Under the pieces are notes generated by a model. That model was not told the origin of the DNA and ran no database searches. It saw only the letters and a program-made list of their open reading frames with translations. This document shows, in pieces, positions 9,539 to 19,765 of a DNA stretch of 64,000 nt. Position numbers and translations under genes: made by a program. Every line of letters starts with the position of its first letter. Position 1 is the first letter of the stretch. The DNA is from Thermoanaerobaculia bacterium. GTDB lineage: Bacteria > Acidobacteriota > Thermoanaerobaculia > Multivoradales > UBA5704. Location of the stretch: positions 160,001-224,000 of the forward strand of contig JBGAGQ010000002.1 in the NCBI GenBank assembly GCA_044226625.1, read 5' to 3'.

Positions 9539-10444
9539 TCACTTCGCGATGTCGCGATGAATCACGCGGGCCGGAAATCCGACCTCGTCGAGCTTTCCGC
9601 GAAGCTTCTCACAGACCGCGACCGAACGGTGTCTGCCGCCCGTACATCCGACGGCTATCGAGAGGTAACTGCGGTTCTCCCCGCGAAATTTCGGCAGGAG
9701 GAAGCCGAGCAAGTCGGCCAGCCGGTCGACCAGCTCGCCGTAGTCGGGAAGCGCTTCAAGGTAGGTGACGACCTCCTCGTCCTGTCCGGTCTTTTCCCGT
9801 AGGCCCGGGACGAAATGAGGGTTGGGCAGGTAACGGACGTCGAACAGCAGGTCCGTTCCGTAAGGGATGCCCCGTTTGAAGCCGAAGCTGGTCAGGCTCA
9901 CCGCCATGCCCGGTTCGACGCCGTGGGAAAACTCGCGAAAGACCTGGCTTCGAATCTCGTGGATCGTCAGCTCGCTCGAGTCGAGCACCCGATCGGCGAG
10001 GGCACGCAATTCGGTGAGCAGGTCCCTTTCATGACGGATCCCCTCGATCGCGGAGCCGTCGCCGGCGAGAGGGTGCGGCCGGCGTGTCTCGGAGAACCGC
10101 CGGATCAAGACCTCGTTCGAGGCTTCGAGGAACAGGAGCGTCGGCTCGATCCGCGCGCGGTCGATCTCGCGAAAGAGCCGCGGCAGCTCGTCGGCGAACC
10201 CCGGCGCGCGCACGTCGGTGACCACCGCGATGCGGTCGTGCCCGGGAACGTGCCGCGCTGGATCTTCGAGGAACTGCCGCAACAGGGGAAGTGGCAGGTT
10301 GTCGACCGTGTAGTAATCGAGATCTTCGAATCCTCGTGCGACCACGCTCTTGCCGGAACCGGACATTCCGGTGATTAGGACCAGCTTCACCCGCCCGGCG
10401 CGATCGCCGGGTTCTTGAGTGGGCTCTTCAGGTGCGGCGCACAC
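9539..10444 (-). CDS. rapZ: RNase adapter RapZ (P-loop)
   Basis: ITGMSGSGKS, VDNLP, RRFSETRRPHPL, SFGFKRG, GCTGGRHRSV. Start may be GTG 10390. Confidence 0.92.
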   Translation of the reverse strand: MCAAPEEPTQEPGDRAGRVKLVLITGMSGSGKSVVARGFEDLDYYTVDNLPLPLLRQFLEDPARHVPGHDRIAVVTDVRAPGFADELPRLFREIDRARIEPTLLFLEASNEVLIRRFSETRRPHPLAGDGSAIEGIRHERDLLTELRALADRVLDSSELTIHEIRSQVFREFSHGVEPGMAVSLTSFGFKRGIPYGTDLLFDVRYLPNPHFVPGLREKTGQDEEVVTYLEALPDYGELVDRLADLLGFLLPKFRGENRSYLSIAVGCTGGRHRSVAVCEKLRGKLDEVGFPARVIHRDIAK

Positions 10445-11399
10445 GATTCCGTTCGATCTCCGCTTCCAACTTGCGCACGAATTCCCGGGCGGAATGATGT
10501 CCCTGCAGCTTGAGCACGTGATTGCGGGCGGCGATTTCCACCAGGACGCTCACGTTGCGGCCGAGCGCGACCGGCATCCGGATGTAAGGACAGGGGGTGT
10601 CGAGGATGTGGTAGACGGTCTCGTCCAGACCCAGGCGATCGTATGCGCGCCCGTCGACCCAAGGCTCCAACTCGATCACGAGATCGATGTTCGCCCGCTC
10701 CCGCACCGAGGAGAGCCCGAACATGTCATGGACGTTGATGATCCCCAGCCCGCGCAGCTCCATGTGGTGGCGCACGGGGCCGGTCGAGAACCCGGCGAGG
10801 TCGCCGTTGGGAAACCGCTTGACGGTTACCCGGTCGTCGGCCACCAGGCTGTGGCCGCGGGTGATCAGGTCGAGGGCCGACTCGCTCTTGCCCACGCCGC
10901 TCTCGCCGATCAGGAGCACACCGAGTCCGTAAATCGACAGGAGGACTCCGTGAAGGGTGGTCGAGGGGACGAGGTGCTCTTCGAGGAAGTAGCTGATCCC
11001 CTTGATCACCGTCGAGGACAACGCCGTCGACGAGAGGACCGGAACCTCGCGCGCCTGGCAGTAGGAGAGGAAGCCGGGAAGAGGCGAGATGCCCTTGGTG
11101 AGCACGAAGACCGGCACCGGAAGCGCCGTGATGTTCTCGAACCGCTCGCGGCGCTCGTCCTCGGAAAGGGTCGACAGGTATTCGGTTTCGCTCTCCCCTA
11201 CGATCTGCACCCGCCCCGGCTTGATGTAGGCGTAGTAGCCGGCGAACGCGAGTCCGGGCTTCTGTACGCGCGGATGGGTGATCTTGTTGTCCAAATGGGA
11301 CTGGCCTGACAGGACGCGCAGGTGGAGGTCGAGCAGCTCTTCGCCGAGAAGCTCGCGAACCTCGACCGTGCCCGACGTGGCGATCGAACCGGTTTCCAT
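10428..11399 (-). CDS. hprK: HPr kinase/phosphorylase
   Basis: GVLLIGESGVGKSE, LVADD, MELRGLGII, GRNVSVLVEIAARN. Confidence 0.93.
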   Translation of the reverse strand: METGSIATSGTVEVRELLGEELLDLHLRVLSGQSHLDNKITHPRVQKPGLAFAGYYAYIKPGRVQIVGESETEYLSTLSEDERRERFENITALPVPVFVLTKGISPLPGFLSYCQAREVPVLSSTALSSTVIKGISYFLEEHLVPSTTLHGVLLSIYGLGVLLIGESGVGKSESALDLITRGHSLVADDRVTVKRFPNGDLAGFSTGPVRHHMELRGLGIINVHDMFGLSSVRERANIDLVIELEPWVDGRAYDRLGLDETVYHILDTPCPYIRMPVALGRNVSVLVEIAARNHVLKLQGHHSAREFVRKLEAEIERNRVRRT

Positions 11400-11848
11400 C
11401 AGCTCTCGGTCTCCAGGAGGGCGTAGATGGCGGCGGGCGACTCCGCCTCGAGCACCGCGGCGATCCGGCCCGGCGCGCGCACCCACCGCGAGATCGCCGC
11501 GAGTACCTGGAGATGCTCGGCCGGGGACTGGACCGGCGACATGACCAGGAAAAACAGCTTGACGGGAAGGCCGTCGACGGCGCGGAACTCGATTCCGTCC
11601 GGGGCGATCCCGATTGCGAGGACCGCGCGATCGATCCCTCGGAGCTTACAGTGCGGAATCGCGACCCCACCGCCGACACCAGTCGAACCGAGCGCCTCCC
11701 GCTCGGCGAGCCGGGTCTCGAGCTCGCGCGCGTCGGGTACGCCGCCCGCGACGGCGATCCGGTTCGAGAGCTCTTCGAGCACGTCCTTCCCGGACGATCC
11801 CAGGTCCGGGAAGATCAGCTCCGGGCGGGTCAGGGCGGCGAGGCGCAT
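11399..11848 (-). CDS. ptsN: PTS IIA (Ntr/fructose-type)
   Basis: REALGSTGVGGGVAIPH; lies downstream of hpf in the rpoN operon. Confidence 0.88.
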   Translation of the reverse strand: MRLAALTRPELIFPDLGSSGKDVLEELSNRIAVAGGVPDARELETRLAEREALGSTGVGGGVAIPHCKLRGIDRAVLAIGIAPDGIEFRAVDGLPVKLFFLVMSPVQSPAEHLQVLAAISRWVRAPGRIAAVLEAESPAAIYALLETES

Positions 11849-11861
11849 TCCCCTCCCGCCT

Positions 11862-12404
11862 CTAGAACTCGGGGGCGATCAGGCCGAAGTTCTGGTCCTT
11901 GCGCTTGTAGAGGACCGAAACGCGCTCGTTCGCCGCGTCGAGGAAGACGACGAACTCGCTTCGTCCTGCGCCGAGCTTCTGGACGGCTTCCTCGATTGTC
12001 ATCGGTTTGATCTCGAGCCGGCTCGACTTGATAACCCGCGGGCCGCCGTCGTTCGCCAGGCTCTCGCCATCGAGCACGTCCACCGGCCAGTGGTTCGCGG
12101 TCGACTCGCGCCGACGCCGCGCGACACGCCGGGTCTTTTCGCGATCCGCCTGTCGTTCGGCCTTGCTCGCCGCGGCGCCGATCGCCTCGAACATGTTCTC
12201 GTCGCTGCTTTCCTCGGCCTGGATGGTTCCGTGGCGGTGATGGATATGGAGGTCCGCGACGTATTTTCTCTTCTCGGCCGAGAGCGTGACCCGTACGTCG
12301 ATCGGATCGTCGAGCAGCTTTTCGAGCTTTTTGAGCTTCTCGGAGACCTGATCGCGGACGCGGTCGTCGATCGTGTAGTTGCGCCCGTTGTACTCGATGT
12401 TCAT
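11862..12404 (-). CDS. hpf: ribosome hibernation promoting factor (long HPF)
   Basis: MNIEYNGRN N-terminus; C-terminal KPMTIEEAV...VSVLYKRKDQNFGLI. Confidence 0.9.
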   Translation of the reverse strand: MNIEYNGRNYTIDDRVRDQVSEKLKKLEKLLDDPIDVRVTLSAEKRKYVADLHIHHRHGTIQAEESSDENMFEAIGAAASKAERQADREKTRRVARRRRESTANHWPVDVLDGESLANDGGPRVIKSSRLEIKPMTIEEAVQKLGAGRSEFVVFLDAANERVSVLYKRKDQNFGLIAPEF

Positions 12405-12437
12405 CGCATTCCCCTTGCCGTCCCTGGCGTACCTTGG

Positions 12438-13937
12438 CTAGAAAATCTGTTTGCGGTCGTTCGAGGATGGAATGTGCAGCTCGTCGCGATATTTGGCCAC
12501 CGTCCGGCGCGCGATCTGGATCCCCTCGCGGTTCAGGATGCGCATCAGCTCGCTATCCGAAAGCGGCTGACGAGGATCCTCGGCGCTGATCATCTGCTCG
12601 ATCTTCCGTTTCACCGTGAGCGACGAGATGTTTTCACCGTAGTCGCGGTCGATGCCGCTATGGAAGAAGAACTTGAGCGGAAACAGGCCCCGCGGCGTAT
12701 GGATGTACTTGTTCGACACGACGCGAGACACCGTCGACTCGTGCATCGAGATGTCCTCGGCCACGTCGCGCAGGACCATCGGCCGCAGGTAGTCGATTCC
12801 CTGGTCGAGGAAGTCCTGCTGCTGGCGCACGATCGAAGCGGCCACCTTGTAGATGGTCCGCTGGCGCTGGTCGAGGCTCTTGATCAGCCAGACCGCCGAC
12901 CGCATCTTGTCCTTGATGAAGCTCTGCGCCTCGGCCTGCTGCCCCTCGCTGCGCATCTTCGCGAGCATGCGCCGGTAGGCGCGCGAAACGCGCAAGCGCG
13001 GCAAGCCGTCGTCGTTCAATTGGATCACGTACTCGCTGCCGACACGGCGCACGAAAACGTCGGGCTCGATGTAGTGGACGCGTTCGTTCGAGAACTGGCG
13101 CCCCGGACAGGTCTCGAGGGTCCGAATCAGCTCGATCGCCGGCTCGAGCTCGGCAAGCTCGATGCCGAGCTTCTTGGCCACCAGGGGAAACTGGCGCCGT
13201 AGGAAGAGGTCCCAGGCCTCGGCGATCACCCGCCGGGCGAGCGCCTCGTCGGCTTCCGTCTCGGCGTCCGGGTCGTCCCCGGCGCGCCGACGGTGAAGAT
13301 GGTCGAGCTGTAGCTCCAGGCTCTCACGCAGGTTCGCGCAGGCGATGCCGGGCGGATCGAAGCTGCGCACCAGCGCGAGCGCTTTCTCGACATCTTCCAA
13401 AGTGTATCGATTCTCGTCCTCGAGATCCCCCATCGCGCGGATCTCTTCCGCGGTCGCGACCAGGAAGCCGTCGGCGTCCAAGTTTCCGATGATCAGCTCG
13501 CCGATCTCGCGCTCGATCGGTGTGCATTCCCCCATGTGGAGCTGCCACAGCAGATGGTCGTAGAGGTCCCCTTCGCGCGAGAGGCTGTTTTCGAGCGGTG
13601 AAGCTTCGCGCGTCTCGATCATCGAAGGCTCGTAGGACGAGTCCCACTCATCGCCGAAATAGGCGTCGAGATCGATGTTGTCCATCGACTCCCGATGGTC
13701 GATGACGTCGCCGTTGGGAAGCGGGGGCTCCTCCTTCGGGGAGACGCTCTCGTCGTCCTCTTCGATCTCGGCGTTCTCGCTCGCCTCTTCGAGCACCGGA
13801 TTCTCGACCAGCTCTTGAGCCAGGACGGACTCGAGCTCCATTCGGGTCATTTGCAGAAGCTTGATCGCCTGCTGCAGCGAAGGCGTCATCACCAGCTTCT
13901 GGGACAGCTTGAGCGAAAGTCGTTGCTCGAGGGCCAT
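12438..13937 (-). CDS. rpoN: RNA polymerase sigma-54 factor
   Basis: MALEQRL...MTPSLQQAIKLLQM, HESTVSR, RpoN box ARRTVAKYR. Confidence 0.97.
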   Translation of the reverse strand: MALEQRLSLKLSQKLVMTPSLQQAIKLLQMTRMELESVLAQELVENPVLEEASENAEIEEDDESVSPKEEPPLPNGDVIDHRESMDNIDLDAYFGDEWDSSYEPSMIETREASPLENSLSREGDLYDHLLWQLHMGECTPIEREIGELIIGNLDADGFLVATAEEIRAMGDLEDENRYTLEDVEKALALVRSFDPPGIACANLRESLELQLDHLHRRRAGDDPDAETEADEALARRVIAEAWDLFLRRQFPLVAKKLGIELAELEPAIELIRTLETCPGRQFSNERVHYIEPDVFVRRVGSEYVIQLNDDGLPRLRVSRAYRRMLAKMRSEGQQAEAQSFIKDKMRSAVWLIKSLDQRQRTIYKVAASIVRQQQDFLDQGIDYLRPMVLRDVAEDISMHESTVSRVVSNKYIHTPRGLFPLKFFFHSGIDRDYGENISSLTVKRKIEQMISAEDPRQPLSDSELMRILNREGIQIARRTVAKYRDELHIPSSNDRKQIF

Positions 13938-13954
13938 GAAGTGTCTCCCCCCGC

Positions 13955-14725
13955 TTAGAGAGAAAAGTCCTCTCCCAGATAGATCTTGCGCACCTGGGGG
14001 TCGGAGGCGAGCTCCTTGGGTGTACCCGATTTCAGGATAGAGCCGTTGTTGATGATGTACGCCCGGTCGGTGATCTTCAGGGTCTCCCGAACGTTGTGGT
14101 CGGTGATCAGCACGCCGATGCCCATCTTCTTCAAATGCCGGACGATCCTCTGGATGTCGATGACCGCGATCGGATCGATGCCGGCGAACGGTTCGTCGAG
14201 CAGGATATACCAGGGGCTGATGACCAAAGCCCGCGCGATTTCGACTCGCCGCCGCTCGCCGCCGGACAGGGTGTAGCCTCGGCTCTTGCGCACCTTGCCG
14301 AGGCCGAAGTCGGCGATCAACTGGTCGATCCTCCGCTCCTGCTCGGCATGGGAGAGGTCGAGCGTCTCGAACACCGAGCGCAGATTGTTCTCGACCGTCA
14401 TCTTGCGGAAGATCGATGGTTCCTGCGGCAGGTAGCTGATGCCGCGTTGCGCGCGCAGGTACATCGGCAGCTCCGTGATGTCGTCCTCGCCGAGGAATAC
14501 CGACCCCTCGTCGGGTGGAGTCAAGCCGACCACCATGTAGAAGGTGGTGGTCTTGCCCGCGCCGTTCGGCCCGAGCAGCCCGACGATCTCGCCCGGGCCC
14601 ACTTCGATCGAGACCCCTCCGACGACCGCGCGCCCGCGATAGACCTTCCGCAGATTGGCCGTCGAGAGCGTCTGCGGCGCCTCGCCGTTCGGCTCCCGCT
14701 GGAGATCCCGACCGTTTTCGTTCAC
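13955..14725 (-). CDS. lptB: LPS export ABC transporter ATPase LptB
   Basis: [50 protein letters not shown]. Confidence 0.95.
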   Translation of the reverse strand: MNENGRDLQREPNGEAPQTLSTANLRKVYRGRAVVGGVSIEVGPGEIVGLLGPNGAGKTTTFYMVVGLTPPDEGSVFLGEDDITELPMYLRAQRGISYLPQEPSIFRKMTVENNLRSVFETLDLSHAEQERRIDQLIADFGLGKVRKSRGYTLSGGERRRVEIARALVISPWYILLDEPFAGIDPIAVIDIQRIVRHLKKMGIGVLITDHNVRETLKITDRAYIINNGSILKSGTPKELASDPQVRKIYLGEDFSL

Positions 14726-16770
14726 CGATGTCCCTCCTGTCCGATCGGATTGGCCGGCTTGGCGGCGGGGCTTTGGACGCCCGCCTTGCCTTTGATCTCG
14801 ACCTTGCCGCCGTCCACGAAATAGACCACCTGCCCACCCTGGATCTGGTTGCCGTCTTTGTCGCGCATCTTGACCGGCGCGCCAGAGGTGCCCGAAAAGT
14901 CGATCTGTCGAGCATCGACCGAGTAGATCGCGCGCTCGCCCGTGATCGTCTTGCCGCTCTGGGGATCGTTGAGACGGGCGTCGCCCGTGCAGGTCATCTT
15001 CTCCGCTTTCTTGTCTTCCTTGAGATCGACGTCAAGCGCCTTGCAGGACAGGGTTCGGGCGGTCTGGGTCACCCGCACCCCTCCGCTGTAGGAGACCTTG
15101 CGCCCGCTCTGGCTGTAGACCATCTCCGGGGCGATCACCTCGATCGGCTCCTGCGGCTTACCCGTCGATCGGTCCTCATCCTCCGGAACCCAGAGCGATT
15201 TGACGCTCCCCTTGGCGTAGAGACGATCCTCCGCCTTGTCGCCTCGAAGCTCCTCGGCGAGCAGCAGATCTTTGCCGCGCCAGGCTCGGACCGCGCCACG
15301 GAAGAGGAACGATTGCGGGTTCGATCGGTAGTACGCCTCTCGGGCGTCGACCCAGACCGGCCCCTTACCCGAGCCGAGCGCCGAGCCTGCGAGCCCCGCC
15401 TCGTCCGCTCGCGTGAGCAGGGCGCGCACGCCGCCGTCGGCTCGGAGCAGACCGGTCTTCTTCTCCCACACGACGTGAGGCCCGGTCATACGGCCACGAT
15501 CGCTCTCCGCCTCGACCGGGGCGCCGAAGAACTCTCCCTGCCCCGAATCGAGCTGTAAGACGGCCCGGTCGCCGCGTGCCTTGGTCCGACCGTCCGTGAA
15601 GCGGACGTCCTGGCGCAGGATCGCCTCGGCGAGCTGGCCGCTCGGTCCGAAGTTGGCGAGCGCGCCGAGCGCGTGGGCGGTGCGAGGTAGAACCGGGGGC
15701 TGCCCCTTCTTGGGCGCGACGGTTTCGATCAAGTCGACGCCGGTGACGCCGCGAGCGGTCTTCATTACGCCGTCGATCATCCGACCCTCGAGGCGGCGTG
15801 AGGTCAGCTTTCGAGTCAACCCCGAGCCGGTCGCCACGAGGGTCGCCGGATCGATAGGCGTTCCTTCGAGCTCGATCTCGCGCGCGGACGCCTCCTGCGG
15901 CGGCGTCAACATGCCGAACGTTTTGCCAGAGAAGGTGACGCGCGCGGCGCCCGGCTGATCGCTGTGGCCCGCGAGCGATCCCGAGACGTTCAGGACGGCG
16001 CGAACGAACACGGCGCTCCGTTCATCGGGGCCGAGGAACGTATTGATGATCTGCGCCGTCATGCGGTCCCCGCCGCGCTGGAGCTGGACCTGGCCTTCCG
16101 ATCGGAGCCGGCGGCTCTTCCGCTCGTAGACGACGCGGTCGGCGCGGAGCGCCACCGCGGGGACGACCCCGGGAAGGCTGTGCAACTCGACGTTTCCGAC
16201 CAGGATGTACATCTCGCGGTCGAGGTGAATGCGCAGCAGGTCGGAGCGCACGCGGTATTGCGCCCCACCGGCCTCGCCGTAGCCGATGTCGACCGGCTGG
16301 ACGCTCGCGAGGATCTTGCCCTGATCCTGCAGGAGGAGTACGGGCGTCTGAAGCGTGAGACCTTCCGGCCCGCGGAGGCGAACCTGGCCTTCGAGGCGAC
16401 CTTCGTTCTGGAGACGGTTGAAGCTCGCGGTGCGGCTTTCGACCTCGTAGGACCTACCCTGCGCGTCGTACAGCGTGAGGCCGACCTTGTCGAGGTAGAT
16501 CGTTTCCTGCCGGTCGGCTTTGACGCTCTCCCCGCGAATCCGGAAGAGCGGCTTTTCGCCTTCCGTGAAGGTGTAGTCGAAATCCTGGCCGATCAGTGCG
16601 AGGTTCTCGGTCTTGTCCGGTAGGTCCGTACCGGTTCGCGGGCGTGGCTTCGCCGTCTCCCGACCCGATCGGCCGAACCAGAACAAACCTCCGAGCGCGG
16701 CCAGGCCGAGGACGAAAGCGACCAACAGGACCCGGCGGATCCAGGCGACAGGGGAACGAAGCTTCGCCAT
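14722..16770 (-). CDS. long LptC/LptA-like (OstA beta-jellyroll) periplasmic bridge protein
   Basis: One N-terminal TM helix, then repeated OstA-like beta segments (G-x-V-x-L/V); directly upstream of lptB. Confidence 0.75.
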   Translation of the reverse strand: MAKLRSPVAWIRRVLLVAFVLGLAALGGLFWFGRSGRETAKPRPRTGTDLPDKTENLALIGQDFDYTFTEGEKPLFRIRGESVKADRQETIYLDKVGLTLYDAQGRSYEVESRTASFNRLQNEGRLEGQVRLRGPEGLTLQTPVLLLQDQGKILASVQPVDIGYGEAGGAQYRVRSDLLRIHLDREMYILVGNVELHSLPGVVPAVALRADRVVYERKSRRLRSEGQVQLQRGGDRMTAQIINTFLGPDERSAVFVRAVLNVSGSLAGHSDQPGAARVTFSGKTFGMLTPPQEASAREIELEGTPIDPATLVATGSGLTRKLTSRRLEGRMIDGVMKTARGVTGVDLIETVAPKKGQPPVLPRTAHALGALANFGPSGQLAEAILRQDVRFTDGRTKARGDRAVLQLDSGQGEFFGAPVEAESDRGRMTGPHVVWEKKTGLLRADGGVRALLTRADEAGLAGSALGSGKGPVWVDAREAYYRSNPQSFLFRGAVRAWRGKDLLLAEELRGDKAEDRLYAKGSVKSLWVPEDEDRSTGKPQEPIEVIAPEMVYSQSGRKVSYSGGVRVTQTARTLSCKALDVDLKEDKKAEKMTCTGDARLNDPQSGKTITGERAIYSVDARQIDFSGTSGAPVKMRDKDGNQIQGGQVVYFVDGGKVEIKGKAGVQSPAAKPANPIGQEGHR

Positions 16771-16865
16771 GCAAGAGGCATTCTACGTGTTGGCACAACG
16801 ATTGAAAGGGCTTGACAAGGACACCGACATCTGGCCGCGCCGGCCGAGCCGCCGCTCGGGCTCGA

Positions 16866-18584
16866 TCACGAGGCGACCGCACGCGCGTCGATCAGGCGAA
16901 GGGACGGCTCGCCGAGATAGCGGTCGTACTCCAGGATGGCGAGGACCTCGAAACGGCCGTCCAGCTGCTCGGCGCGCGATTGCCAGCCCCATCCGACCAA
17001 ATTCACGCCCCGACCGTCGTCTCCTCTCGCGCGCGCGGACAGGTGGTCCGCGCCGAACCGCCTCGGCGTTCGGTCGAGCGTTAGGGGTCCGACCCGGATC
17101 ACCGGCTCGGGGTTGCCCTGACCGAACGGGGCAAGGGCCGCCAGCTTCTCGTAGAACCGGAGGTCGATCTCGGACGGTGAGGCCTCGATCTCATAGGAAT
17201 ACCGGCGCTCGAGCAGGTCGGGCGAAAACCCCGCGGCGGCCGCTTCCTCCCATTCTTCTCGGAGGATCGGCAGCGACTCGAGCGACGCCGAGAGGCCGAG
17301 CGCCTGGGCGTGGCCGCCGAACCGATGCAGTCTCTCTTTCCAGGGCGAGAGGAAACCGTGCAGGGCGATCCCAGGGATGCTGCGGCCCGAACCGGTGGCC
17401 GACTCCCCTTCCACCGCCAGCAACAAAGTGGGCCGATTCCACGCCCGAGCGAGCCGGCCGGCGGCGATCCCCACCACGCCGCGATGCCAGTCCAGGCTCC
17501 AGAAAACGAGGATCGCCGGCGTTTGGCCGAGTTGCTCCGCCCGCTGGTCGGCCAGCGCAAGCGCCTGCTCGACCACCGCCGCTTCCTCGGACTGGCGGTC
17601 CCGGTTCCACTCGTCGAGCTGCGCGGCGAGCGCGGCGGCCCGCTCCGCGTCGCGCGAGAGGAGGATTTCGAGCGCCGGATCCGCCTCGGCCAATCGCCCG
17701 GCAGCGTTCAACCGAGGCCCGATCCGGAAGCCGATGTCGGAGGCCGAGTAGGGGGGCTTCATCCCCGCCTGGCGAATTAGAGCCTTCAACCCGACCGACC
17801 GCGAGCCTTCCAGTGCTTTCAAGCCGAGCGCTGCGATGACGCGGTTCTCCCCGCGCAAGGGAACGAGGTCCGCGATGGTCCCGAGGCAAGCGATCCGGAG
17901 CAGCGCCTCCTCGGAGATCGGCTTGCCGATCCGCCGGGCGAGGGCGAGCGAAAGCTTGAACGCGATCCCCGCCGCCGCGAGGTCCGGAAAGGGATAGGTG
18001 CAGCCGGGCTGGTGAGGATTGATCTGGATCGCGCCGTCGGGCAAGGTCTCGCCGGCGATATGGTGGTCGGTGACCACGACGTCCACGCCCGATTCCCCCG
18101 CGGCTTCGATCGCCGCGCGCGACGAGCTGCCGCAGTCGGCGGTGACGATCAAGCGACAGCCCGCCGCGATCGCCCGTTCGACGTGGCATGCCTGAAACCC
18201 GTATCCGTCGCGCATCCGGTGGGGCAGGATCGCCTGGGCCTCGAGCCCGAGAGAAGAGAACACCGCAAGCAGCTGCGCCGTCGCGCTGATGCCGTCGACG
18301 TCGTAGTCGCCGACGATCGCGATCTTCTGCTTGGCTTCCCTCGCGGCGACCAGTCTCTCCACAGCGGGCGCCATCCCGGCCAACAGCGACGGATCGTGGA
18401 GATGCTCGAGACGGGGAGCGAGGAACCGCTCGGCGGATTCCGGATCGACCGCTCCCCGCCGGGCGAGCAGCGCCGCGAATCGCGGCGAATGCCCGGCCGC
18501 GATCAGCGCGTCGAGGTCGATGGGTGCGGGCTCGGCGATCCAGCTCGCCGCCCGCTCCCTACGACTCGTAGACCCCCATGGCAC
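16866..18584 (-). CDS. recJ: ssDNA-specific exonuclease RecJ
   Basis: GDYDVDG, TADCG, TDHH, GTIADLVPL, GPRLNAAGR, GGHAQA, PFGQGNPEP. Start approximate. Confidence 0.93.
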   Translation of the reverse strand: MPWGSTSRRERAASWIAEPAPIDLDALIAAGHSPRFAALLARRGAVDPESAERFLAPRLEHLHDPSLLAGMAPAVERLVAAREAKQKIAIVGDYDVDGISATAQLLAVFSSLGLEAQAILPHRMRDGYGFQACHVERAIAAGCRLIVTADCGSSSRAAIEAAGESGVDVVVTDHHIAGETLPDGAIQINPHQPGCTYPFPDLAAAGIAFKLSLALARRIGKPISEEALLRIACLGTIADLVPLRGENRVIAALGLKALEGSRSVGLKALIRQAGMKPPYSASDIGFRIGPRLNAAGRLAEADPALEILLSRDAERAAALAAQLDEWNRDRQSEEAAVVEQALALADQRAEQLGQTPAILVFWSLDWHRGVVGIAAGRLARAWNRPTLLLAVEGESATGSGRSIPGIALHGFLSPWKERLHRFGGHAQALGLSASLESLPILREEWEEAAAAGFSPDLLERRYSYEIEASPSEIDLRFYEKLAALAPFGQGNPEPVIRVGPLTLDRTPRRFGADHLSARARGDDGRGVNLVGWGWQSRAEQLDGRFEVLAILEYDRYLGEPSLRLIDARAVAS

Positions 18585-19509
18585 GGAACTTCGCGTACCG
18601 CCGCGAAAGAAGCTTGTCGATCGGCTCCTTCGCGAGCTCGGCGACCGCGCGTTCGATGGCGTCGCCGACCCGTCGGGCGGTCTCGCCTGGATCGGTATGG
18701 GCGCCACCGATCGGCTCCGGAACGATCGCGTCGACCACCTTGAGCTCGATCAGGTCCGGAGCGGTGAGGCGGAGCGCTTCGGCCGCTTCGGCCTTCTTGT
18801 TCTGGTCTTTCCAGAGGATCGCGGCGCACCCCTCGGGGGAGATCACCGAGTAGGTGCCGTATTCGAGGATCAGGATTCGGTCGCCCACCCCGAGCGCAAG
18901 AGCTCCCCCGCTCCCCCCCTCGCCGGTCACCGTGACGACGATCGGCGTGCGCAGCACCGCCATCTCGAGGAGATTTCTCGCGATCGCCTCGGCCTGACCG
19001 CGCTCCTCGGCGTCGAGGCCTGGAAAAGCCCCCGCGGTGTCGATGAAAGTGAGCACCGGGAGACCGAACCGCTCGGCGAGCTTCATGATCCGCAGCGCCT
19101 TGCGATATCCCTCGGGGCGCGCCTGGCCGAAGTTGCGGCGAATGCGCTCCTTGGTGTCGCGCCCCTTCTGGTGGCCGATCACCGCGACGCTCCGGCCGCG
19201 GAACGAAGCGAGGCCCGACACGATCGCCGCGTCGTCGCCGAACGCTCGGTCGCCGTGAAGCTCCACCCAGTCGTCCATCAGCATCTCGACGTAGTCGAGC
19301 GTGTATGGGCGATCGGGATGGCGCGCGACGAGCGTGCGCTGCCAACGGTTGAGGTTACCGTAGACCTCCTGCGCGGCCTTGCGCAGGGCGACCTTCAATC
19401 GCTCGGCTTCTTTCGCCTGACTGCTGCCGGCGGGAAAGCCCGAAAGCTCGGAAATCCGCTCGCGCAGGTCGGCCAGCGGTTCGTCGAAGGAGGATTCGTT
19501 GGCCTGCAT
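18559..19509 (-). CDS. accA: acetyl-CoA carboxylase carboxyltransferase alpha subunit
   Basis: ARHPDRP, ELHGDR, PEGYRKALR, GEGGSGGAL, YSVISPEGCAAILW. Confidence 0.96.
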   Translation of the reverse strand: MQANESSFDEPLADLRERISELSGFPAGSSQAKEAERLKVALRKAAQEVYGNLNRWQRTLVARHPDRPYTLDYVEMLMDDWVELHGDRAFGDDAAIVSGLASFRGRSVAVIGHQKGRDTKERIRRNFGQARPEGYRKALRIMKLAERFGLPVLTFIDTAGAFPGLDAEERGQAEAIARNLLEMAVLRTPIVVTVTGEGGSGGALALGVGDRILILEYGTYSVISPEGCAAILWKDQNKKAEAAEALRLTAPDLIELKVVDAIVPEPIGGAHTDPGETARRVGDAIERAVAELAKEPIDKLLSRRYAKFRAMGVYES

Positions 19510-19588
19510 AGGGGGCGCAAGCTAACAGACCGGTCCGAAGGGGGTCAAACCGATCTGGCATCTCGTCGCAAACCAGAGTTTTCAGTTC

Positions 19589-19616
19589 TTGACACTTGCG
19601 GCATAGCGCATACGAT
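19589..19616 (+). promoter_or_regulatory. sigma70 promoter for the 19766 gene
   Basis: TTGACA-16-TACGAT. Confidence 0.55.
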
Positions 19617-19765
19617 CAACCAGGAGATCCGCTCGATCGAGCCCTCGCGTTCCCTGGTCCGTCGCCCTGGCTGGCGACCGCGGAGCGAGATGGCGCGACC
19701 GAGGCGAAAGGAAGGAGATTCGAAAAACGGCGGCCCGTTCGCCAAGACACGAGAGGAGACTCACC

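Noticed and set aside
13938-14915. N-terminal extensions or fusions in the ORF track (RpoN 825 aa, activator 701 aa, RegA 706 aa, MlaE 554 aa)
   Set aside because: The extensions overlap other genes; family N-termini, RBSs or promoters mark later starts.
19556-19570. sigma54 promoter TGGCATCTCGTCGCA
   Set aside because: GG-GC spacing is 9, not 10; a sigma70 promoter nearby explains the gene.
19622-19765. Riboswitch in the long leader
   Set aside because: Only a small hairpin is visible; no recognisable aptamer consensus.
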